Shown: positions 46,603 through 56,535 of the stretch, one piece after another
Layout: every line of letters starts with the position of its first letter
Numbering within the stretch: the first letter of the stretch is position 1
From: Alistipes sp.
GTDB taxonomy: Bacteria > Bacteroidota > Bacteroidia > Bacteroidales > Rikenellaceae
Direction: 5' to 3'
NCBI GenBank assembly: GCA_017465055.1
Contig: JAFTWZ010000039.1
Coordinates: 9,851 to 73,850, forward strand
Length of the DNA stretch: 64,000 bases
Made by a program: the position numbers and the translations under genes
The notes under the pieces: model-generated
Databases searched by the model: none
Told to the model about the DNA's origin: nothing
The model's input: the letters and a program-made list of their open reading frames with translations, nothing else

Positions 46603-47538
46603 CTACGTCAAATCGACATCCGCAAAGGCATCCTCAACCACGCCACGCAGGTGCTTACGGTCCAGATGCGTATACACCTCGGTGGTAGATATGCTCTCGT
46701 GCCCCAGCAGCTCCTGCACCTGGCGGATGTTAGCACCAGCCTCGATAAGATGCGTGGCATAGGAGTGACGCAACGTATGGGGGCTTATCTGCTTCTCGAT
46801 ACCTGCCAAGTTGGCCGCCTGCTTGATGATATTAAAGACCATCACACGCGTAAGTGGCGTACCTCGATTATTTAGGAAGAGCGTCCTCTCTGACGGCACC
46901 TTAGGACGGCGCAACTCCATATATAGCTGAATCTTATCGCGCGCCACCGCACCAATAGGCACTATACGCTGCTTGTCGCCCTTACCCACAATACGGATAT
47001 AACCCTCGCCGAAGAAGAGGTCGCTGATACTGAGCGACACAAGCTCCGTGACACGCAGACCCGTGGAGTACAACACCTCGACAATAGCGCTATCGCGACA
47101 CCCCTTAACAGTGGTCATATCGAAGGTAGCTATGAGGGCATCAATCTCCTCGACGCTCAGCACGTCGGGCAACAGACGCTCGGCCTTAGGAGCGCCGACA
47201 CTCTCGGTGGGCAGCTGCTCGATCTTTTCGGTCAGGAGCAGGAAGTTGTAGAAGCTCTTGATGCCGCTAAGCCTACGTGCCTGCGAGGCGCGACTAAGGC
47301 TGGGGCGCTGCGCCATCTCGGAGGTGCCTCGCTCGAAAAGCCACGCCATAAAGCGCTCGATCATAACGGCATTAACGGCCTCGTAGCTAACTCCATAGTT
47401 GCGAAGTATATAGTGCATAAACTCCTCGAAGTCGCGCATATATGCCGCAACGGTATTCTCCGAAAGGCGCTTCTCGGTCTTTATATAGCGACTATACTCA
47501 CTCTTTATTCGCTCCCACTTTTTGGTACTATCCACCAT
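46603..47538 (-). CDS. xerD: Chromosomal tyrosine recombinase XerD
   Basis: LSENTV.AY.RD, STGLRV.EL, GKG.K.R.VP, HTLRHSYATHL, LLGH, TTEVY. Housekeeping context. Confidence 0.88.
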   Translation of the reverse strand: MVDSTKKWERIKSEYSRYIKTEKRLSENTVAAYMRDFEEFMHYILRNYGVSYEAVNAVMIERFMAWLFERGTSEMAQRPSLSRASQARRLSGIKSFYNFLLLTEKIEQLPTESVGAPKAERLLPDVLSVEEIDALIATFDMTTVKGCRDSAIVEVLYSTGLRVTELVSLSISDLFFGEGYIRIVGKGDKQRIVPIGAVARDKIQLYMELRRPKVPSERTLFLNNRGTPLTRVMVFNIIKQAANLAGIEKQISPHTLRHSYATHLIEAGANIRQVQELLGHESISTTEVYTHLDRKHLRGVVEDAFADVDLT

Positions 47539-47653
47539 ATTTTTCCACAAATCGTCTCGCCAGTGATGCAATATCACTCCTTTTTATTACTTTTGTGGTA
47601 AAGATACGAAAATTATTTTACATAATAACGAACACCGATAAAAAATATAGAGC

Positions 47654-48496
47654 GTGAACCACTATATCGAGATAACCATCGCCTGCGCCGACAGCGATAT
47701 GGCAGAGGTGGCAATGGCCTACCTCGCCGACTACCCCTTCGATAGTTTCGACACCGAGGAGCGTGACGAGACGACACTTCTTAAAGGCTATATCCTTGAG
47801 TCCGAGTGGCTAACGTACCAGAATGAGGCGCGCAGTATCGCCGCAAAGTATGGCCATATCGTCGAGGAGCGAGTTATCGAGTCGCAGAACTGGAACGCCA
47901 CGTGGGAGAGCGAGAGTTTCGAGCCTGTATATGTCGACGACACGATGCTTATACGCGCGCCCCACCACCCCACTCCGCCCGAGGGCGTTATCGACATCGT
48001 CGTAGCACCACAGATGTCCTTCGGCTCGGGACACCACCAGACTACGCGTATGATGTGCCGCCTGGTGGCGAAATATCGCTCTACGGGGCGAGTCCTCGAC
48101 GTAGGATGTGGTACGGGGGTGCTCTCGATAGCGGCCATTAAGTGCGGAGCTAAGCACGTCGATGCGGTGGATATAGACCCGTGGTCTACGGAGAGCGCCA
48201 CCGAGGCAGCACGACTCAACGGCATTGAGGCTCAGACAAATATACTCCTCGGCACGGTAGAGTGCGTGGCAGGAGGCAGCTACGACCTTATCCTTGCCAA
48301 CATCAACCGCAACATCATCTTAGCCGATATGGATAGCTACGTGGCGATGCTCAGCGATGGCGGCAGGCTGCTTCTCAGCGGCTTCCTTGTGGCCGATATC
48401 GAGGCTATAACCTCGGCGGCTACAAAACACGGACTAAGACTCGCAGAGACCTCGGAGGACGATGGCTGGGTGGCGATGGCCTTTATAAAGAGTTAG
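47654..48496 (+). CDS. prmA: Ribosomal protein L11 methyltransferase
   Basis: NWN..WE, MSFGSGHH.TT, VLDVGCGTGVL, LANINRN, LSGF. Confidence 0.93.
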   Translation: MNHYIEITIACADSDMAEVAMAYLADYPFDSFDTEERDETTLLKGYILESEWLTYQNEARSIAAKYGHIVEERVIESQNWNATWESESFEPVYVDDTMLIRAPHHPTPPEGVIDIVVAPQMSFGSGHHQTTRMMCRLVAKYRSTGRVLDVGCGTGVLSIAAIKCGAKHVDAVDIDPWSTESATEAARLNGIEAQTNILLGTVECVAGGSYDLILANINRNIILADMDSYVAMLSDGGRLLLSGFLVADIEAITSAATKHGLRLAETSEDDGWVAMAFIKS

Positions 48497-48529
48497 AGTA
48501 TAGGTGATTATAAATAAGACGATATAGGT

Positions 48530-49135
48530 ATGACGATTCTTCCTTCGGTATATTACGGCACTGTGGAGTACTGGGCCGAGCTTGTGCAGGGTGGTAGCGA
48601 CGTGGTCATAGACCTCGGCGAGAACTACGTGAAGCGCTCGGAGCGCAACCGCACCAAGATAATGACCTCGGGGGGCGTTATGCAGCTCTCGGTGCAGCTT
48701 GTCCAGGCCAACCGCCCACGTCAACCTATGCGCACTATGAAGATAGACTACTCGAAGCGCTGGCAGCACCAACACCTCGTGGCCATTGAGTCGGCCTACC
48801 GCTCGTCGCCCTACTACGACTACTATGGCGAGCGCTTTGCGAAGCTCTACGACCGCCACTGGGAGCGACTCGTAGATCTGAATATGGCTACGCTCGAGGA
48901 GCTGTGCTCGATATTGCGTATCGCCGTGCCACGCACCTCGGAGGAGTATATCGTCGCTACGGCCGATGATCGCGACCTACGCCCCAAGACGCGACAGTCG
49001 CACTTTGTCGCCGAGCCCTACGTTCAGGTCTTTAGCGACCGCCAGCCCTTTGCCCCGAACCTCTCGATTTTCGACTTAGTTATGTGCGAGGGTCCCAACG
49101 CCCTAAGCCTCCTTCGCCGCACCAAGCTCCGTTAG
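48530..49135 (+). CDS. WbqC family protein
   Basis: E.YVK...RNR, W...H...I.SAY.SSP.Y, Y.QVF...F.PNLSI.DL...EGP. Confidence 0.88.
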   Translation: MTILPSVYYGTVEYWAELVQGGSDVVIDLGENYVKRSERNRTKIMTSGGVMQLSVQLVQANRPRQPMRTMKIDYSKRWQHQHLVAIESAYRSSPYYDYYGERFAKLYDRHWERLVDLNMATLEELCSILRIAVPRTSEEYIVATADDRDLRPKTRQSHFVAEPYVQVFSDRQPFAPNLSIFDLVMCEGPNALSLLRRTKLR

Positions 49136-49162
49136 TTTGCATCATTCGGCAAGACGCCGAGA

Positions 49163-51172
49163 CTACCTCTTTAGGCGTAGCTCGACGATGTCGCGGCTGT
49201 GGCCGAGAGAGTCGCGCGCCTCGAGGCGAGTGCGGCCGCGCAAGATGACCGAGTCGGCGCGGTAGTGACCCACGGCAATGCGGCGCACAACGGCCGTATC
49301 GCCGTTGACATAGAGCTGCGGAGTGCCATCCGAGCAGTAGATATCGACCTGCTGCAGCGTATCCTGACGAGCGCCCCAACGGCGGTTGGCAATATGTAGC
49401 GTCCTCGCCTCGCGATTCCACTTAGCACGATACAAGTAGTAGGCATCCTTACACCTCTTATGGTCGTGGCAAACGAGGCCCGAGTTATTCAGGCCGTAAG
49501 TTCTACGCGGAGAGCTATAGTCGAACATATTATCGAGCCACACGCCCCAGAAACGGCCCACAGAGTCGATAATAGCCGAGTAGACCTCGTGCATCATCGT
49601 CTGGCGGCGCTCGGGGATATACTTATCACCGCGCGTAGCACGCTCCAGCCTATCGGCCGTATGCTCCATAATGCCCTCCTCGCCATAGCAGACACCACTG
49701 CGCAGCGTGCGCCACTGCTCGCCAGCGAGCTGACGACACCACACCGCAACATCCTCCACACGACCCTTATAGAGGCCGACATCCTGTCGCAGCACGATAA
49801 GGTCGGTAACGAGGTTTATCCTGCCATCGCTATTGCTACACCCCACCGTAGGGCGCGAGCTATCAATCTCGTGAGCCAATGCATTAAGCTCCTCAACATA
49901 CGAAACAATGTCGTCGCCACGCTGCCACACAAGGCTAAACAGACCCCACATAACTATCGAGGGGTGGTTATAGTTCTGATAGATAATCTCTCGAAGCTGC
50001 TCAAAGCCATTATCGCGAAAGGCCTTCGTAGGGTAGTAACATATATCCGAGAAGGCTATCGGGGAGCGAGTAAAGGGCATATCGACCCACGCCAAAAGGC
50101 CCTCGCTATCGCACAAATCGTAGAGCTGAGACATATGAGGGCCACTGAGCGAGCGCAGAGCATTAGCACCCATATCGCAGGCCACAGCGACATCCTCGCG
50201 GAGCATAGCCTCGCTGATGGCCAGACCGTAGCCATAGCGGTCGTGCGGCATATTCACACCCCGAACATCGCACGATTTGCCATTGATACATAGTCTATTA
50301 TCATCATCTACGGAGATATCTCTAAAGCCCGTAACCACCTCTACCCTATCTATCGAACGGCCAGCCTCTAACGTCATCTCGATACGATACAACGAGGGCG
50401 CGTCGGGCGACCACAACTGCGGATGTGTAATCTCGTATGGGATATCAACAGGGCGCTCGGGCGATAGCTTCGAGAGGCGCACGGTGCGGTAGTCGACCTC
50501 GTAGCCATCGGGGCCTACGATGCGCATAGTGAGCGTGGCGTGGTCGACATTCGACGTCGAGAGGTAGCTGCGCACAACGCCTATAGCGTGGTCACTATCG
50601 ACACTCTCCTGGATGACATAGACGCCATCGGACGAGTAGTGTAGCGGCGAAATTATGCTCTTAGGTGTCGAGATAAGCTCGACACCGCGGTAGATGCCAG
50701 CCATAAGATCCATATCCGATGATACGGGGAGCAGGTCGCTACGCTCGCCGCCCGAGACGATGACACGCACGTAGTTCTTAGCACCAAACCTTACGTGCGG
50801 CGTAATCTCCACGGTAAAGGCCGTAAAGCCACCCCTATGCGACCCAGCGTAACGGCCATTTACAAAGACCTCGGCGGTGCGCTGCACGCCACCAAAGCGC
50901 AGAAAGAGGCGTCTACTCTCCCACTCCGCAGGGACGTCTATCTCGCGGATGTAGTTTGCCGAACTCTCGACAAGACCCATTCCACCAAGCATCGGCGACC
51001 AGCAGTGTGGCAACGTCACGTAATCGGCATCGGCACCATCGAGCGCCGAAGCCCAGTAAAAGCGCCAGTTATCCTCTATATTGTACCTGTCGCGCGTAGG
51101 CTCTGCTGCCACAACGGTATTAATCATGGCGACAACAAGCGCGGCAAACGTTATAAGTTTTCTACACAGCAT
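49163..51172 (-). CDS. GH2 family glycoside-hydrolase homologue (catalytic residues absent)
   Basis: LPH.W, FLRF.GV, H.GGFTAF, GIYR.V, LWSP..P.LY, GFR, GVN..HD, NHPSI.MW, KDAYY.Y. Confidence 0.85.
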   Translation of the reverse strand: MLCRKLITFAALVVAMINTVVAAEPTRDRYNIEDNWRFYWASALDGADADYVTLPHCWSPMLGGMGLVESSANYIREIDVPAEWESRRLFLRFGGVQRTAEVFVNGRYAGSHRGGFTAFTVEITPHVRFGAKNYVRVIVSGGERSDLLPVSSDMDLMAGIYRGVELISTPKSIISPLHYSSDGVYVIQESVDSDHAIGVVRSYLSTSNVDHATLTMRIVGPDGYEVDYRTVRLSKLSPERPVDIPYEITHPQLWSPDAPSLYRIEMTLEAGRSIDRVEVVTGFRDISVDDDNRLCINGKSCDVRGVNMPHDRYGYGLAISEAMLREDVAVACDMGANALRSLSGPHMSQLYDLCDSEGLLAWVDMPFTRSPIAFSDICYYPTKAFRDNGFEQLREIIYQNYNHPSIVMWGLFSLVWQRGDDIVSYVEELNALAHEIDSSRPTVGCSNSDGRINLVTDLIVLRQDVGLYKGRVEDVAVWCRQLAGEQWRTLRSGVCYGEEGIMEHTADRLERATRGDKYIPERRQTMMHEVYSAIIDSVGRFWGVWLDNMFDYSSPRRTYGLNNSGLVCHDHKRCKDAYYLYRAKWNREARTLHIANRRWGARQDTLQQVDIYCSDGTPQLYVNGDTAVVRRIAVGHYRADSVILRGRTRLEARDSLGHSRDIVELRLKR

Positions 51173-51385
51173 AGCTCTATATCGAATAATTTTACCCGAC
51201 AAATATACGAATAAAGAAAAAAAGTTCGTATCTTCGTGCGAAATATTGATAGATTTAGACAGTAAAAACATACTATAATAGTAACAGCCAGCAGCGATAG
51301 CAGGTCGGCATTTATGTTGCACCAATATTGCTAAGACGCCGCTGCAAGCTGTTGAAACGAGTGAACTAACCTAATATTTTACACT

Positions 51386-52027
51386 ATGATTATCGACATC
51401 GTACTTATCGCACTGGCTCTCATTGCACTTATCGTCGGATGGCGTAAGGGTTTTATCGTTCAGCTACTCCAGCTCATCGGACTATACATAGCTGTGCTCA
51501 TAGCTCCCGACTTTGCGGACGAGGTGGGCAAGATTTTTACCGATGACCCAGGCTTAGCATATCTTGCGGGCTTCGGAGTAATTATCATCGGCGCGTGGAT
51601 AGTGATATGGGTCATAGCACCACTATTCCGCAAGATACTCTTCTTCGACACGCTGCGTGCACTCGACTCACTGCTCGGTATGGCCTTAGCTCTGGCCACC
51701 ACCGTGATAATCACCTCGGTGCTCTGCTCACTCCTTGTGACGGCCAATATCGGCGATATGCGCCCCGAGAAGGTTCTCGAGCTTGGCGCCGATGGCCTAT
51801 CACCCGATATGATCGAGGAGTATGCCGAGATGCTTGAGAATAAGGACGCGAGGGTGAGAGAGTACTTCGAGCCTAAATATGTAGCCTACGAGACTCTCGA
51901 TGAGTCGAAGCTATTCGGACCTTTAGCCGAGTTTGGCGAGGCTATATGTCCAGGCCTCGAGGAGGTCGAAGAGGAGGTTATGGAGATGGCCCTAAGCATT
52001 AAATCATCGTATGAGTCACTCTACTAA
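51386..52027 (+). CDS. CvpA family membrane protein
   Basis: DIV......G.RKGFI, LDSLLG..L. Four TMs. Confidence 0.85.
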   Translation: MIIDIVLIALALIALIVGWRKGFIVQLLQLIGLYIAVLIAPDFADEVGKIFTDDPGLAYLAGFGVIIIGAWIVIWVIAPLFRKILFFDTLRALDSLLGMALALATTVIITSVLCSLLVTANIGDMRPEKVLELGADGLSPDMIEEYAEMLENKDARVREYFEPKYVAYETLDESKLFGPLAEFGEAICPGLEEVEEEVMEMALSIKSSYESLY

Positions 52028-52955
52028 CGACACCGCAACAAGAATAGAGGGCATAGTCGTAAGCTCAACAGGCAGTTGGTATGAGGTCACTACAGAACGT
52101 GGCACGCTCAGCTGCCGTATACGTGGGCGACTACGCCTCAAGGGCATACGCTCGACAAACCCCGTTGTCGTGGGCGACCGCGTTGTCGTAGAGCCCGATG
52201 GCGACAGCAGCGCCATAGTAGAGATACTCCCACGCCATAACTACGTCATACGCCGCGCCTCGAACCTATCGAAAGAGTCGCACATCATAGCCGCCAACGT
52301 CGACCGCGCACTGCTTATCGTCACACTGCACTCGCCCTCGACGCCTCGCGAGTTTGTCGACCGTTTCTTGGTCACCTGCGAGGCTTACAAAGTCCCCGTA
52401 ACCATAGTCATAGGCAAGGCCGACACCCTCGAAGGGGAGTATGCGGCGGAGGCTGCTGAGTTCGAGGCTATATACCGCGATGCTGGCTACGACATTATAC
52501 GTCTAAGCTCGACAACGGGCCAGGGCGTAGAGACGATACGCACAATGCTTAAGGGGCACACCACGCTTGTGGCTGGCAATTCGGGCGTCGGCAAGTCGAC
52601 ACTCGTGAGCGCCATAGACCCCTCGCTCGATATACGCACTGGCGAGATATCCGAGAGCCACCACAAGGGTAAGCACACCACAACCTTCTCGACAATGTAC
52701 CCCATAGAGCAGGGATACATCATCGATACACCGGGCATCAAGGGCTTCGGCCTTATCGACATCGAGTCGCGTGAGCTGTGCCGCTACTTCCCCGAGATGA
52801 TGCGCTTAGCGCCCAACTGCCGCTTCTACAACTGCACACACACCCACGAGCCTGGCTGCGCCGTTGTCGAGGCCGTAGAGGAGGGCACGGTGGCGATGTC
52901 GAGATACGAAAGTTACCTCAAAATATTAGACGAAGATGACAAATATCGCAAGTAG
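52011..52955 (+). CDS. rsgA: Ribosome small subunit-dependent GTPase A
   Basis: VVGD.V, ANVD, GNSGVGKST, GKHTTT, IDTPG, C.F.NC.H..EPGC. Confidence 0.96.
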   Translation: MSHSTNDTATRIEGIVVSSTGSWYEVTTERGTLSCRIRGRLRLKGIRSTNPVVVGDRVVVEPDGDSSAIVEILPRHNYVIRRASNLSKESHIIAANVDRALLIVTLHSPSTPREFVDRFLVTCEAYKVPVTIVIGKADTLEGEYAAEAAEFEAIYRDAGYDIIRLSSTTGQGVETIRTMLKGHTTLVAGNSGVGKSTLVSAIDPSLDIRTGEISESHHKGKHTTTFSTMYPIEQGYIIDTPGIKGFGLIDIESRELCRYFPEMMRLAPNCRFYNCTHTHEPGCAVVEAVEEGTVAMSRYESYLKILDEDDKYRK

Positions 52956-53658
52956 GCTGCGCACCGAGGAGCATAGTCGCGAGTGGCTCGAAGAGCGCCT
53001 CGAGTATATGTCGCAGTTCCTTACCGAGGAGCGTAAGGCGGTGTTGCAACGCACCGTAGCCTCGCGCACACACTATATGCGCATCCTCACCGAGAATATG
53101 TTCCATCCACAGAATGCCAGCGCCATAATGCGCCACTGCGAGGCCTTCGGCATACAGCAGATACACACCGTCGAGGATAGGTGTAAGTTCGACCCGAGCG
53201 TCAACATCGTGCGCGGCACGCAGAAATGGGTAGATGTCGAGCACCACGAGACCACGCGCGAGGCGCTTGCAGCACTCAAGAGCGAGGGTTATCGCATCGT
53301 GGCCACCACACCCCACCGTTGTAGCGCCACACCCGAGACTTTCGACGTCACAAAGGGTAAATTTGCACTGGTCTTTGGCACCGAGCACGCTGGCATATCC
53401 GACGAGGTTATCGAGGCGGCCGACGACTTCCTTATGATACCTATGTGTGGTATGGTCGAGAGCCTCAACGTCTCGGCCTCGGCAGCAATATTGATATATA
53501 TGCTCTCGGAGCGTATTCGCCAGAGTGTCGACGGCTGGCAACTAAGCGACGACGAGCAGCTAAAGCTCCTGACGCGCTGGACTATGTCGTCGGTGCGCGA
53601 CTTCGAGGGTATACTCCGCAAGGCCGAGCAGAGCGGCAAGCTAACGGTTAAATATTAA
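52936..53658 (+). CDS. trmH: TrmH/SpoU family tRNA 2'-O-methyltransferase
   Basis: NASAI.R.CEAFG, FGTE..G.S, IPM.G.VESLNVS. Confidence 0.85.
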   Translation: MTNIASRLRTEEHSREWLEERLEYMSQFLTEERKAVLQRTVASRTHYMRILTENMFHPQNASAIMRHCEAFGIQQIHTVEDRCKFDPSVNIVRGTQKWVDVEHHETTREALAALKSEGYRIVATTPHRCSATPETFDVTKGKFALVFGTEHAGISDEVIEAADDFLMIPMCGMVESLNVSASAAILIYMLSERIRQSVDGWQLSDDEQLKLLTRWTMSSVRDFEGILRKAEQSGKLTVKY

Positions 53659-53679
53659 CACTTTGACATATAACGCATT

Positions 53680-54873
53680 ATGATACTACGCAAGCAATTT
53701 TTGGAGCACGTAGGACAGACCTCGCCGTCGCCGATGCTTATAGAGGTGGCACGCGCCGAGGGCTCGTTCTTCTACACCCCCGAGGGTAAGCGTTACTTCG
53801 ACCTTGTGGCAGGTGTCTCGGTAAGCAACATAGGGCACGCCAATAGCGAGGTAGTCAAGGCCGTACAGCAACAAGCCGCCGACTATATGCACGTTATGGT
53901 CTATGGCGAGATGGTTGAGCGTCCACAGGTGGAGTATGCTCGCCGCATCAGTGAGCTGCTCCCTGGCAATTTGGACTGCGTATACTTCGTAAACTCGGGC
54001 GCCGAGGCTGTCGAGGTAGCCTTGAAACTCGCCAAGCGCTATACGGGGCGCACGGAGCTTATCTCTATGCGTCGCGCCTATCACGGCTCTACGCACGGCG
54101 CAATGTCGATGATGGGAGCTCCCGAGGGCGAGGAGTGGAAGGCCGAATTTAGGCCCTTGCTTCCCGATGTTAAGTCTATAAGGTTCAACTCGTTTGACGA
54201 TTTACAACATATCACCGAACGTACGGCAGGCGTGCTGTGCGAGGTGGTGCAGGGCGAGGCTGGCGTAAGGCTTCCCGACACGGAGTGGCTACGCGCGCTG
54301 CGTGCTCGATGCACCGAGGTGGGCGCACTGCTTATATTTGATGAAATACAGACGGGTATGGGACGCACGGGAGCGATGTTCGCCTCGACGAAGTATGGCG
54401 TTACGGCAGATGTGGTCTGCTTGGCAAAGGCTTTTGGTGGCGGAATGCCCCTCGGAGGCGTAGCGGCAAATAGACAAGTTTTAAACTCTTTTACCAACAA
54501 CCCCTGCCTCGGACACATCACTACGTTTGGCGGTCATCCAGTATGTTGTGCCGCAGGCCTTGCTGCGCTCAACTATTTGGTCAACAACAATATCGTCGAA
54601 AGCGTAGAGCGCAAGGGTGCAATGTTCGAGGAGCGACTAAAGAGACATCCTCGCATCTTAGAGATTCGTCGTTCGGGACTTTTAATGGCACTCGAACTTG
54701 GCCAGTCGGAATACCTCTACAAGTTGATGGATATCTTCAAAGAGGAGGGCATTATGAGCGACTGGTTCTTGTACTGCGACACGGCCTTCCGCATCTCTCC
54801 GCCACTAACCATTTCGGAATCGGAAATCGAGGAGTGCTGCACGATAATCGAGCGCTCGTTAGATAGGTTGTAG
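53680..54873 (+). CDS. Class III PLP aminotransferase (ArgD-like)
   Basis: NSGAEA, YHG.T, DEIQTG.GRTG, AKA.GGG.P, TTFGG.P. Confidence 0.88.
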   Translation: MILRKQFLEHVGQTSPSPMLIEVARAEGSFFYTPEGKRYFDLVAGVSVSNIGHANSEVVKAVQQQAADYMHVMVYGEMVERPQVEYARRISELLPGNLDCVYFVNSGAEAVEVALKLAKRYTGRTELISMRRAYHGSTHGAMSMMGAPEGEEWKAEFRPLLPDVKSIRFNSFDDLQHITERTAGVLCEVVQGEAGVRLPDTEWLRALRARCTEVGALLIFDEIQTGMGRTGAMFASTKYGVTADVVCLAKAFGGGMPLGGVAANRQVLNSFTNNPCLGHITTFGGHPVCCAAGLAALNYLVNNNIVESVERKGAMFEERLKRHPRILEIRRSGLLMALELGQSEYLYKLMDIFKEEGIMSDWFLYCDTAFRISPPLTISESEIEECCTIIERSLDRL

Positions 54874-54896
54874 CGAGAATCTCGGACAAAAGTTAT

Positions 54897-54945
54897 TAAA
54901 TAGGCAAAATATTAGTGCGAATGCAGCTAATATTTTGCCTATTTA
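54897..54945. terminator. Long AT-rich hairpin / terminator
   Basis: 19-bp inverted repeat TAAATAGGCAAAATATTAG/CTAATATTTTGCCTATTTA. Confidence 0.7.
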
Positions 54946-55050
54946 GTATATTTATACTAACTTTGTCGCGTTGCGCGTCTATGTAAAAGGTGAAAATACC
55001 TTCGTAAAAGGTGCATAAGCGACCCTAATTGACCCGCGCAACAGAGGAGT

Positions 55051-56535
55051 ATGTTAGAGAAGTTAGCAAAGCAGACAGCGATATATGGCATAAGCACAAT
55101 AGTGGTCAGGTTTCTAAACTACCTGCTCACACCGTACTACACCCGAATATTCGATCAGGGGGAGTATGGCATCGTCACCGACATATACGCGCTGATACCC
55201 TTTGCACTGGTACTCCTCTCGATGGGTATGGAGTCGAGCTACTTCCGCTTCACAACGCGCGCCGAGGAGCAGGGTGGCGACGTCGCCGAGGGCAAGCGCC
55301 GAGTATTTGCCTCGACGTGGGGCATAACTTCGCTAAACGCTGTAATATTCTTCATCGTAGTACTCCTCCTCAACGCCCCCATATCGCGCGCAATGGGCGA
55401 GGCATATATCCTACACCCCGAGTATGTTACCATCGTGGCGGCCATAGTTATGGTCGACGTCTTCACGATAATACCCTTCTCGAGACTTCGTGAGCAGGGC
55501 CGAGCAATGCACTTTGTGCTGCTCAAGGCGCTGAGCGTACTGCTAAACGTCAGCTTGGCAATAGGCTTCGGCGTAGCAGGGCTCTACGCCACAGAGTTTG
55601 GCGTAGGCTGGGTGCTTATAGCCAACCTCATAGCCAGCGTGGTAACGCTCGTAGCACTTCTCCCCTCGACTAACCGTATAGTGCCACGCATAGACTGGTC
55701 GCTGATGCGCAAGATATTCGTCTACTCGCTACCGCTACTCATTAGTGGCATTGCGGGCACGGCAAACGAGTTTATCGATCGCCAGATGATTAAGTACCTC
55801 GCACCTGGCGACTCGGCCGAAGCGATGGCCCAGCTCGGCGTATATGGCGCGATAGTTAAGATTGCGGTGGTGATGACCCTCTTTACACAGATGTACCGCT
55901 TGGCGGCCGAGCCATTCTTCCTCTCGGGATTTAAGAAGGAGGAGTTCAAAGAGGCTAATGCCGCATCGATGAAGTACTTCGTGATGGCCTCGATGGTGAT
56001 ATTCCTCGGCATAGTGCTCTTCCGCGACCTCTTCGCCCTTATCGTAGGTCGCGACTTCCGCGAGGGAATAGACATCCTGCCCATAGTTCTCGCCTCGAAC
56101 GTCTTGGCAGGCATATGGTTCAACCTATCGTTCTGGTACAAGAGAGAGGAGAAGACCAAGTATGCCGCCTACATAACCTTCTTAGGTTTGGCCATAACCA
56201 TAGCACTGAGCTTCGTATTAGTGCCCACGATGGGCTACCGAGGTGCAGCGTGGGTAAGGCTTATCGCCGAGGCCGCGATGGTGGTGTGGAGCTACGTGCT
56301 CTGCCGCAGGCACTACCCCATACCCTACGACCTAAGGCGCATAGGCGAGTATTTTGCTGTAACGGTGGCGATATACGCAGCCTCGGAGTATGGTCTACAA
56401 CCATTAGGCGAGAGCATACACCTTGTGGGTAACATTGTGCTGTTTACTGCGGCTATATGCTTTGCAATATGGCGCGAGAAGATAGATATTAAGGCTCTTA
56501 TGAGGGCCGTAACGGGTAAGCTATTACGACGATGA
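55051..56535 (+). CDS. Polysaccharide biosynthesis flippase (MOP/Wzx-like)
   Basis: LAK.TAIYG.S, YLL.P.YT, GME..YFRF, R.AAEPFF. Many TM segments. Confidence 0.85.
   Translation: MLEKLAKQTAIYGISTIVVRFLNYLLTPYYTRIFDQGEYGIVTDIYALIPFALVLLSMGMESSYFRFTTRAEEQGGDVAEGKRRVFASTWGITSLNAVIFFIVVLLLNAPISRAMGEAYILHPEYVTIVAAIVMVDVFTIIPFSRLREQGRAMHFVLLKALSVLLNVSLAIGFGVAGLYATEFGVGWVLIANLIASVVTLVALLPSTNRIVPRIDWSLMRKIFVYSLPLLISGIAGTANEFIDRQMIKYLAPGDSAEAMAQLGVYGAIVKIAVVMTLFTQMYRLAAEPFFLSGFKKEEFKEANAASMKYFVMASMVIFLGIVLFRDLFALIVGRDFREGIDILPIVLASNVLAGIWFNLSFWYKREEKTKYAAYITFLGLAITIALSFVLVPTMGYRGAAWVRLIAEAAMVVWSYVLCRRHYPIPYDLRRIGEYFAVTVAIYAASEYGLQPLGESIHLVGNIVLFTAAICFAIWREKIDIKALMRAVTGKLLRR

Noticed and set aside
46603-47538. 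Tyrosine recombinase as a possible integrase or invertase of a mobile element
   Set aside because: XerD-like length and motifs, housekeeping neighbours, no att sites or cargo.
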